This document shows positions 9,231-21,200 of a stretch of 40,647 nucleotides of DNA, one piece after another. Origin of the DNA: a virus (Duplodnaviria > Caudoviricetes); IMG/VR virus record IMGVR_UViG_3300040985_000544, positions 1-40,647 of that record; one strand, written 5' to 3'. The notes below the pieces were generated by a model that had not been told where the DNA came from, searched no databases, and saw only the letters and a list, made by a program, of their open reading frames with translations. Position 1 is the stretch's first letter. Each line of letters opens with the position of its first letter. Position numbers and translations under genes: made by a program.

Positions 9231-12200
9231 TACCAATGAGTCCAAGTCCATTTGACAGTGACATTTCCATAAGCGATATAACATCATCAAACACAAGCGA
9301 TATAGGAACAAGCAGCCCGTTTGAATCAGATATTACGATAGGTGATTACTATGATTTAGAAGCCGAAGCTGAACAGGACTCTGTAAACAAACTCGCTGCC
9401 GAGATAGCACGAGATGCTATTGCTTCTGGTAAAGATACTGACTACGACTACACTTCAGCGCTGGAATACCAAAACAGAACAGGACAATCTTTGTATGATC
9501 CTAAGACTGGACACTGGTCTTCAAGAGTTCCCGATACTGGGTTGTTGCTGAAGTCGCCTACGCATGAAACCGCAGGGTTGATGTATGAAGGTGAAGCCGC
9601 TGCTGGTTATGCAATTGAACGTAGGGGTAATCGTGAGTACTCTGTAGAAGCTTCCCGTATAAATGGTGGTAGGACTTTGACAGACAAAGACCGTGCTGAA
9701 ATGCTTGAAGGCACAAGAGCTCGTCTTGCAGGTGGCGAGTCGATGACTGACCTTAGCAGAGAACAGTGGGGCAAAAAGATTATCATGGCTACTCATGATA
9801 AGGATCAACAAGCTGCGTACAACGGTGGTCGCCAAATAACAAAGGCAATAGCACCACATGTGTTTGAAAGAATGTTTGGTGCACAGGAAGACACCAATGC
9901 TTTGGGCGCAGTGGCAAGCGGTACAGCTAAGATTATTACAGGTCTAGCTGCAACAACACTTGACTCATACTTTGGTAAGTGGTTGTTAACGGGCGAAGGT
10001 GACTCTACTTTGTGGGGTATTCCTATACCTAATCTTGCGGGAAAAGTTGCTTCAAAATACTTTGACTACGACATCGAAGATGTGAACGAGTGGGCGGAGT
10101 GGGCGAAAGGCGCAAACATTGGTCTGCATGAAACAATAAGGGCAGAGGGTGGCATAGAAGAAACAATCGAGATGATGACCATGTCACTACCTGCGACAGG
10201 CGCAGGTATTGTCGGTGGCGTTGCAGGAACATTTCTAGGTGGTCCTGTTGGCACAATAGCAGGTGCGTCTGCTGGTATCTCTGCTGGCTTAGGTGTAGGC
10301 TATGTCCAAGGCGTAAGCGGCGCTCAGACCAGACTGGATATGTACGAGCAAGAAGTAAACACGATACGAAGGCTAAACGGACTAAAGGGTGACTTCAAGA
10401 TTTCACGAACCGATAGAGAACGTGTCATGTTTGAACACGGTTTACACGAAGCGTTGTGGGAGGGAGTAGGCACAGCGTTAGGTCTTAGTCTTGGCGCTAA
10501 GGGTTTCAAGGCTGCTACAGCCACAACCCGTTCCTATGGTGCTGTGGGTGCTACATCAATTGCTTCAAAGCTTTCCCCTTCAGGAGCGAAAGCGTACGGC
10601 ACTGCAATGCGTAACGCGTACTTGCGGCTATCGACAAAAGAGGGTTTAAGGGGATCAGTTGTAAGGGGCGCTCCGTACTTTGCAGCCGATGTTGTAATGG
10701 AAGGTCTAACCGAAGGCGCTACAGAGATTGGTCAGACAGCAAGTTTTGCTAGTATTGATCCAACGGTATGGGACGATCTAGATGTAACAGGCGCAATAAA
10801 AGACGGCATGTTGCTGGGCGTACTTATGTCTGGCGGGTTCGCTGGAGCTGGCGCAGCTATATCAAAGGCAGGCACTGAGCAGAGACGGCTACAGTTGGAA
10901 GCGCTGCACGGGATCGTAGGTTCAAAAAAGAACGACCCGATTGGGCATTGGAAAGGACACAACGACGAATACCTAGAACAACTTACAGAGCTAACTCCAG
11001 AGGAAGTGGCTGAGCAAGCAACCGCGTGGGAAGATGTAATTGAAGGAAAAGAAGCAGAGGCAGCATCGGTTTATGAAAAGATACAGCAAGCAATAGCTGA
11101 TGGAGATACAGCAACAGAGCAAAGACTTGTCAAAGAGTTGCTAGGCATCGCTACACAAATTGATTACCTACAGGGTAATCTTGCAATGGTTGAAGATGTG
11201 CAACTTGGTCAAGGTAAAAAGATTTCAATTAAGCAAAAGACCCCAGAGCAAGTTGTCAGGGATATGAACACGCGAGAAAAGACAAAAGCAGAGGCAGATA
11301 AAAAGCAAGGAAAGGACACAAAGGAATCTGCCCCGATTAAAATATCCAAAGCGGAAAACAAGCACGAGAAGAAAACAGAAGAAGCTCTTGCTGAAAACAA
11401 TGTTACAGTTGTTTGGATAGAGGGAGGAACAGCTCCTGCGTTCTACAAACCAGAGAGCCCAGTAGATGCAGACGGCAATGTTATTGTCTACATACAAAAG
11501 AGTGAGCAGACGGATCACAGCTTAATGACTTCGCTTGGTTTACATGAGTCAGGTCACCACATTGCTTACTACCACCCTAAGATATACAAGCAAATCACAG
11601 ACGCGCTGGGCGATGGGGAAATACTTCTTGCTGCTTCCGCTTACATGGCAAATGGGAAAGGTAAAAATGATGTGGTTGGAATGGCGCTGCTGGTCCACCT
11701 GCAAAAAGGCGGCACTATGGATAACTTCCCGTTTGCTGCTGGGGATGTTGAAGCTGCGACTAACTATATAGAACAAGAGGGTGTTGCGGTCGCTATCCAA
11801 GGTGGTGGTCAAGGCACTATTGGCAAACTTCTAACCCGATTTGGTTATGGCACAAGGAAGGGCAAAGCAAGGGCGCTTCTTCTCGAAGCGTTGCAAGCTG
11901 GTCATGCAGAAGTGTCTCAAGGTAGAGCAGAGATAAGCGAGTTTGGTGCAGAGCAACGTCGTGTTAGTGGTCAAGGAGCTAGGAACACTAAAAAGTTTGT
12001 GGATGCTGCAATAGCAAAAGATCAGAAACAGAAACAGCAACAGGCTATAGACGACGACTGGCATAGCAGACCCTTGGAAGCTCGTAAGCTCACCAAGAAG
12101 ATTAGCCGCAAAGTGTCTACTGCTCCACCGCCGAAGTTTACAGGCAAGGACTTGTGGGACATGCCACAGCAAAAGATAACTTCTGCTGATACATCGTTAG

Positions 12201-15200
12201 CACAAGTGCCTGCGTTACACAAGAACAAGAACGTGGTGTTTAAGAAGGGTGGTATCAACGCAGACATTGGTGGAGGTCGTCACGACTTAGCTACTGACTT
12301 CCTGAAAGAAAAGGGCGTTACAAGTTATGTGATTGATCCGTTTAACCGAAGCGCTGCACAAAACAAAAAAGCCATTGCCAGTGTTAAGGATGGTCGGGCT
12401 GATACTGCAACTGTTGCGAACACGCTCAACACAATCAAAGAGAAGAACGCTCGTCGTCAAGTCATTGCTCAAGCAGCAAATGTAATCAAGGAAGATGGCG
12501 CAGCCTACTTCTCAGTTTACGTTGGCGACAGTTCTGGTAAGGGTAAGCAGACTTCAAAGGGTTGGCAGAACAATCGAAAGACTGACAGCTACGTTTCAGA
12601 GATACAAGAGTTCTTTGGTGATGTAGAGCGCAAGGGATCGCTCATCGTTGCAAGCTCGCCTATGGAAGCTCGTAAGATAGATGTCAAGGCAGCGGCTCAA
12701 GCATCGCTTCAAGGCAAGATGGTTACTGACTCACCAGTTGAGTACTTGAAACAGGTAGCGGTAAACAGTAAGACTAAGTTTCTTGCTGGTATCTCCCTGA
12801 AAGACTTTGCCATAGAGAAAGGTGAAGTAGGGCACGTTGAAGCATACAAGATGCATTCTTTAGATGTAGGTTACGTGCTGCGTAAGACTGAAGAAGGCTA
12901 TGAGATTACAGGCGTATACAACCGTGAAGATAATGTAGTTGAAATAATGCAGTCTATTATGATGCACGCTGAGTCACTGACTGGTGTTAAGCCCACATTA
13001 AGCGGGGGAGTGAATCCACAAGAAGCGCATAGGTTTGAACTGCACACAGAAGAAGATACTGTCTACTCTCTTGAAGAAGTAAAATCTAACATTGTCAAGG
13101 AGTCAGAGGGTGGCTCGGCTAGATCACTAGGCAAGATGCTGTCGGCGGTCAACCTGCTACCTAAGCAAGAGTACTACGACAGCGTTAACAAGGTCGAAGA
13201 ACTAGAAGACAATATACCAGAGATAGCTGAATCAAAAGTTAAGTTAAAAGATAAAGAGATTATGTACAAGGGTTCGCTGGCTCGTTATGGCAAGGACGAT
13301 AGTCGGACAAAGAAACACTTGGCGGCAAAAACCAAAGAGGAGAATCGCTTAGCGAAGTTGCGAGAAGACTTGTGGACAGATGAGATTGACGCTGCGTACG
13401 ACACGGCTATATCTGTCCGAGGAGATATAATGGAGTCCGCGCTAGGCGTAAAACTTATACTTCCAGATAAAGGAAAGGCGTTCATCTATGGTGTTTCAGA
13501 CACAAGCCAGTTGGACAACATGTCCTTTTTGCCGCGGCTTAATACGTACGCACAGTCACTGATTGGTGTAATAGAGGAAAACAATACCCCAGAGTTTGTA
13601 GAGAAGGTGATGGCAAACGCTATTGCAGAAGAGTTAATCTGGGCTTCAGAGCATGACGCAGACTTTGGGCAGAACTGGTACAAAGACCAGATAGATGGAA
13701 TGTGGCATTGGATAGGCAAGGTAGAGCCTACTCTTTTGGATAGAAACAGTGAGCAGGGCATTCACTTTTCGCTTCTAGTTGCGATGCTATCGAACGGCGA
13801 GAAGGTGCACAACAACATACGCATATCGTTGGACCAGTACAAAGAATACAACAAAACAGGAAAGTACAACAAAAAAGGTAAGCAGCATAGAGAGGCTGGC
13901 TACTTCAAGCTAGAGGCTCTGTTGGATTACTTCGGGACGTGGAAAGCGGTAGATGCTTGGTTGCAAAAGAAGTCTACTGTTGGCGAGGTAAACGCTGAGA
14001 TTGCTGAGATGGCAAAAACCGACGCTCGCTTTGCTAAGATGGAAGTAAAAGGCGAGGCGGTAGATGCTACAGGTTGGAACGCTTTTGTTCTTGGTCCAAA
14101 GCTAGGCGCGTTCTATCTGAACAATAGAGGCAACTACGAGCCACTTACTCAGGATGTTTGGTTTACTAGAACGATGTATCGGTTAATGGGTCTGATGGTG
14201 GAGGAAGTTGCAACCGACAGAAACAATATAACAAAGTTAAGTGAGCTAGTATCATTTGTAGAGGAAGGTAAACCCCTGTCATCAAAGACAGGTTCTGTTT
14301 ATGGAAAGAGTCTAAGACCGAATATAGAAGGGGCACTAGCAGGCATCACACCCAGCGACTGGGGAACAGATGTTGTTGCGGGATTCCATCCAGATATGCT
14401 TGATGATCCAAAGGCTTTAGAGGCGTGGGTAAAATCGACAGAAGCTAAAATGAAGAAGGCGGGGTTCCCTCATTCCGAGGTCAGTGCAACAAAAGGATTT
14501 CTTGCAAAAGTCGAAGCGGGTGAGGCTCAGTTTATTCCACATAGCCAAAAGGTGTTTAATCTTGTAGCTAATAGTTTCAAGAAGTCAGGGTCTAAGGGGC
14601 AGGAAACTGCGAGAAATACCTCCTCTCGAAAACGAGCGCGAAGGGTTGTCCGTGAAGGGCTAGAGATATTCAAACGAAAGACTGGGAAGACAGATGTAAA
14701 CAATGCTTCTGCACAGGCGATGCTTTGGTACAACGAGAAAGAGTTGTTCTCGATCTACACAGGATCAGAGACACCGTTCGGTCAAGACTACCAGACAGGT
14801 GCGAAGCAGTTGTACAACGAAAGGATTATGTTCCGTGAAGACACTGCAATGGAAGCACGGGAGCTCTTTAGTTCAGACGTTATGCACCCTAAAGTTGCCG
14901 CGTTATTCAAAGGCTTGAATGTTTTGCCTAAAGAAAAGTGGGAGGTAGGTCCAGTAGAACTGCTCAAAGGCACGGACTTGCCTATTGTGGAGCTTGTTTA
15001 CAAAGGCAACACGACAATTGAGTTAGCCGCTGGCGATAGTTCTGATTCTATAGACCCTGAGCAGTCGTGGATAATGTTGCGAGGAATAGATTCAAAAGTC
15101 AAGAATACAGGGACAGCGAGGGAATCCTTAACAGAGTTAATGCCACTGCTCGACAAGCACGGAGTTGGCATTGAAGTCATGAACAGCCCAGTCAAGCCCT

Positions 15201-18200
15201 TGGTTAAGCCTATGGCTAGAATGTATAAAAGGTTAGGCTTTAGCGGCGACGCAGAGTTTGGGAGCACTTTGGCTCGAAACGCAAACGGTTCAATGGAAGC
15301 ACGGCGGGACCTAACACAGAACCTTGGTCCAGCTTCGTTCTACCCAAGAGTTGTAAAAGTATTGGAAACAATTCGCCAGCCTAAGATGAAGGCGAGTGAC
15401 TTGAAGCGGTTCCTGCAAGGTAAGGGAGTAGGCAAAGAAGAGTTGTGGGCAACTGGTCTTGATGAGTTCCTAGAAAGCAAGGGCGATGAGTCGGTAACGA
15501 TCGAAGAGGTGCAAGCAGCGGTCCAACTTGTCGAGCTAGAAGAAACAACAAGCAACCAGTATTCAAGCTTCATTCCCGTAATGTGGGCGCATGACCAAGG
15601 GACGCTACTTAACGGCTACGATGCGTACCACGCTGAAAATGAAGGCGAACCCGATTACCTTGGCGAAGATTACAACCCAGAAGAAGAGGCAGACTGGGTG
15701 CCAGAATACGAAGGCGATGGCGCGTCAGAAGATGGCAGCGTGTGGTTCGACCCCATTGCTGGCGCGGTCGAAAACTACGGAGAGATTTTGATCAACTGGA
15801 TTCCTGCCGTAGAAAACACGCAAACAGTTACCGTCTGGAAAAGGAACGAGCCGACCACGGTTGAGGAAAAGATCGTGCAAGCAGGTCTTGAGGTTGCATA
15901 CGTGCTACAAGAAGGACATGGTGAACAAGCACGCACGTCTATAGCGCAATCCATAAACTGGACAAGGATAAGTCAAGTGATGGACTCTGCTTTTGAAACA
16001 ATGCAAGGAGGGGAAGACGTTCTTCTTGACGACTTTGGTGATGGTTCGGTTTCGTCTATGCAGATGGGAGGAAAAGTACTACCTAAACTGGCAGCAGCGC
16101 AAAGAAATACAGCCGAGATGGTAGAGACGCTGGAGCTTCTGTCGGGATTAACCGCCGACATAGGAAACATTCTTGACATACAGGCTTGGCGAAGTCACAT
16201 GCTAAGTATTGATAAAGATAATGTATTAGGTGGTGAGCAACCGCACGTAGACGATTTGTTTGGATCGCAATTTAACCGAGTGAGTTATAAAGAGGCAGAG
16301 GGACGTAAAAGTGAAAGCCGAGACTTTTCACAAAAGGCGGTTCAGCGGTCGTACAAAAAACTCAAGCATTTTGTGATGAAAGCAGAGGCTTCGATTAGAA
16401 GACAAGCGGCACGAAATAAGCTAGCAAATAGAGTTAGAGAAGACAGCGCCTTCGCCGAGGCACTAGCCAATTACTATGGGGAAAGCTCGACTTGGCGAGC
16501 CGACATGCTAAGAAGGGCGGCTAGGAAATTACGCACCGAACAGATGGAAGCCCAAGGCTTAGAGCCAACTTGGACAAATGAAGGAAACGTGGCACTTGAC
16601 CCGTCGTCTCAAGAAATAGGCACGTTGGGTTCAGAATTGTTTCAGTCACTTGGTAGCTGGGAAACGCGAGAGGACTCAGCACACTTCCAGCCTCCGCACT
16701 TTGCCGATGCTAAAAACAATCTTGCGTGGGCTAGAACAATACAGTGGACATCAGTTAAAGGCAAGCCGCACGATCTGTTTGTAATAGAGATACAAAGCGA
16801 CTGGGCAAACGCTGCTGTAGATGCGGGTTTTGGAACAGTCGGCACACTCCCGCCATTTGTAGCAACTCCAGCTGGCAAAATATCAGACAGTTACATAGGG
16901 CTAATAGTTAAACGATTACTTGCAGAAGCGGCGGATAAAGGAGCAGGCGGTTTAGTTATTACCACGGCTGAGTTTGCACGCACTACGGAAGGTATTGACT
17001 ACGACGGTCCTATGTACATCAAAGCGTCGAGCATGCTCAAGAAGATAGGCAAGAAGCTAGACCCAGACGCTACGTTTACAGAGGAAATATCAAAGGAACA
17101 AGGGGAACACAACTACGTAGATGAAGTTCGAGGAGAATTAGTTAAATCTGTACTACCACAAGGGGCACGGCTAGAAATAACAGACAAGATACGCGACGCT
17201 GTTGCAAAGGGTATGCCTATGTTTGGCAACACCACAATGGAAGCACGCCGCGACATTGGCATACGTGTCAACGAAACGTCTTCCAAGTTGCGGATCACTA
17301 AGAACGCAGCACACGAAGGTTTGGCAGACATAATAGATGACCTTCCAATCCAAGACTTCTTTGACGCTGGTAAACACAAGTGGTTCAAAGGATTCTGGGA
17401 CGAGGAAGTTAGCCCTCTCGTGGACGACTACGTGCACTCGATAGAGAACGCATACAACGAGTGGTACGTCGATAAGCAGCAGAACAAGAAACCAAGCAAG
17501 GGTGAGTTGGCTGGAATTGAAGATGCAATAGATGCTTTGAACACAGAGCAGTACCTAGAGAATGGTGTTCCAGATAATGTGTGGCGCGAAGCAGCAGAGT
17601 TGTTTGAGGAAGGACCAAACACAGACGCTACTCCAGTAATGACTTTGTTAAAACTGGCTCGCAAGATTAGAGCCATGTACGTGGAGCTTGCTCAAGGAAC
17701 CGATGTTGCACAGATGGGCGAGTTGGCAGCGCAAGCTATGACTACTATGCAGATCATAGAGAAGCTGATGTTTAACAAACTTGCAAAACAAGACTTTCTA
17801 CCAGAAGCAGACGTTCAGTACTTTGAAGAGGTGACAGAAAGAGTCGAGGGTCAGAAAGACAAAAGAGCAACGCTAGGTACGCAAGCGCATGTCAATAGAA
17901 ACCACCCAATGGATGCGTACGATAAGTTAGAAGATAAAGGTAGCGTAGAGATAACGGGTCCTGATGGAACAGGCAGGGTTGTTACTAGGACAAAGCCAAC
18001 GACAATGGAAATAGATGGCGAGTTGGTTGGTGATTTAGGTCTAGAGTTAAACGATGTCGCAGGGTATTATGTTGAATGGCAAGGCAGAACGATTAAGTTT
18101 GAAAAAACCGACGACGGTATGACGGATGCAGTCCAGCACCTTGTACGTCTAACTGGGTATACACGACCATTGCAAGCGCCTGCAAACCAACCAGCCGTCA

Positions 18201-21200
18201 ACATAGAGAAAGATGATATTGATGTGAACCCTTACGCCCCTATGGTTGCGTTCGAGAAATCGGCAGGCAAAGACGCACAGGCACAGCTATGGGAAGACAC
18301 GCTTGGTTACTCGTACGAGAACAGACCGAAGAGTATGAAGGTTGACTTGATAAAAGAATACGATCCATACATGAATCTGTATGGTCAGTATGGCTTCCTT
18401 GTACGGCACCGCAAAGGCGGGAAGAACTTCGGGACAATCATACACCTTACTCCAACAGGTGCGTTCCGTAATGCGGAAACGATTGAAGCAGCAACCGCTG
18501 TAGAGTTACGAACTCTAGCGGAAGAGACTGTGATCGCGCAGCTGTACCCACTATCCCAAGAAAAGGCTACAGGTAAAACCACGATAGAAGTATTGTTTGC
18601 AGACACTGCGCTTGAAGCTCGTCGTCTTGACGGCAGTAAGCGAATGGTATCTGTAACAGGAGTGCAGCCAGAGAAGTTGTTAGACTTGCTAGATATAGGC
18701 AGGGTGGTTATGCCTTCCATCGCTACAGTAGACACGAGCAGACGACTCCCCTTCTTTGAAAAGTGGAACTTCGGGGATGTGTTCCTAGTATGGGACCCCG
18801 ATGCAGTGCGACCAGAAAGCGGCGAGCCAACTTACACGGGCGATGCGTACTCAGTTAGGACACCTAACTTAGCGAAAGTACGTGGCGAACTTACGTTTGA
18901 AGATGATGGCGAGACTGTTAAAGCGCTTGCCCATAATATATTTGAGTACAAGCACCGTAAACAAGCAGAGCGTAGCGGCATACTGGGTAGCGAGGTTAAC
19001 CAAGAAAAAATGACTGGCGCATCGGCTGGGCTTGTGCGGAGCACTGTTTTAGACAAAGTGAAGACTACTGAACAGATGCGAGAAGAGCTGTCCAAGAGAC
19101 AGCCAAAAGAGCAAGGCACTGGCGAACTGGATGATACTTTCGCTCGGCATAGAACACTCTGGCGTGAGCTTGTCTACGAAAGTAGCAACGCAGGAAGCTG
19201 GGAAGACAAGGGCGACGTTCAAGTGCAGCTTTACGCATATGTACAGGGCTTCTTTGTTAGAAACGCAAAGCCAGACAACACTACATTAAACGAGTACTTG
19301 CAGCGACCAGAGGTTGTGGCACGATTTGTAGATGCGACTATTGATGTTACTGGTACCAAGGAAACATCTTTATCCCTGCTTGATTTATTACGCGACATGT
19401 CCACAAGCCCAGCTGCTTACTTTGAAACTAAGCCACAGAGAATGATGCCGTTTGGCAAGGGCGGAGTTGTTGGAATCTTAGTTCCAAGCCGTTACTCCAG
19501 CAGCACTGCTTACGCAAGAATAAGGAAAGTTTTACCACAGCTTAAAACTATGGGCGTTTCTGTTAGAGAGTATTCCACTGAGTCAGTAAACGAGGGTACA
19601 GAAAGATTAACCGCTGAACAACACTTAGATTCTGTGCAAGATGGTTTTGTTGCTCAGCTAGATAGCCTAGAAGACACTGTCATGTATGGACGTAAGTTGC
19701 CTGCTGACAGAACCTCTATCTTGAACAGCCCAGCAATGGGTATGATCATGAGAGACGAGTTCGAGCGACGAGGGTTTACAGCAGCGGAGCAGACACCATT
19801 CCAAGCTGGCTTTAGAGCTGGCGGCAGAGCAACTCGGAAGCTTCAATCGGTACGTGATAAGGAAGAGCGTAAGTACGCTGTAGAGTCAGCTAGACAACGT
19901 GCAAAGGCACGAGAGGCTCGGAAGCTGTCCCAACAGAGGGAGCTCTTACAGAGGCGTATAGACCGCGTGAAGTTAAAGGCAGCCGACGCAGAGTCTCTAA
20001 GAGAATCAGCTATCACGATAGTGAAGATGCTTTCCAAGAAGGATCGTGGCGACTTGGCTATCAGGCTTGCAAGAGTCAAGACAAGTGCCGACCTTACAAA
20101 GCTAGCCATTCGTGCAATAGAACTTGCTGCAATGAGTGAGTACAAGAGCTCGGTTAGCAGACTGCGTAAGTTGAAGAGTCGCCTGAAGAAGCGCAAGGCT
20201 GGGATGACCAACGAAGTCAAGGCTGAGGTAGCAGGTAAGATAGCTTCCGCCGAGGCGATGGCGTATCAGTCAGGCACTAGCAAGATGTTTACATCACTGG
20301 ACCCAGCTGACGCAGTGAACAGGGTAAACGAAATTGAGAAGTACTTGGACGAGGCTGTTGAGATTGTCAGCCAATCTACAATTGAGCACCGTGCTTCAAA
20401 GGAAGACCGTAAGGGTCGCCTTGGTAATCTTGCTGCGGGTTTGATTGACGCTCTGAATCTACGAAAAGAAAGACCGATGCACATGCACGGTAAGGAGCGA
20501 AACCGAAAGTCTTCGCGATGGTTTAGAAGAAGCCGCACAACGCTAAGCATGGTGGAACTCATTACACAACACGCACCTGCTGAAGTGCAGCAAGAACTCG
20601 CAGAACTTCTTCACTACAACTTGACTGACGCTGAGTCAGCTCACTTGACTGAGGTACGCGGAATAGTAATGGAGTTAGACAAGCTGGCTAAAGAAGCTGG
20701 ATTCAAAAGCTTTGACTCCATGATGGACATTATTGGCACGACGGATATTGAAGCTGTAACTAAAACAGTAACAGTAAGTCTTGGCGGTGAGTCTGTAGTT
20801 CTTACGTTAGACAACCTGATGAAACTTGCAGCGATGGACTCGGAAACGATCGACATGATTGTAGACGAGGTCGATGCAACTGGCGCTGTTGTAAAGAAAG
20901 GCGTTGGTATTCAACTAGGTGACGGCGATCTAACTTCTCCTGTACTAGGCATAACAAGGTCAGAGATAGCCTCTGCTATTAACCAGCTACCGATGGAGTT
21001 AAGAAACTTTGTTCGCGCAGCTAAGTCTGTACGCGAAGCACTCCGAGGACCAGCGTTTGAAGCGTACTTCCAGATACACGGGACAGAACCTGTAGCAGTA
21101 GTTGGTTATGAGCCGCGAAGAAGGGAGAGCACTCCGCAGCAAGCAGAGCAGCGCCTTGATATTAAGTCTATGACTAGCGGGTTTATTGACGATGCTGGTT

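Noticed and set aside
19910-19925. REARK as another polyprotein boundary motif (likewise MEAQG near 16543 and VEASR near 9644)
   Set aside because: Partial matches only; REARK sits in an Arg/Lys/Glu-rich coiled coil where it is expected by chance.
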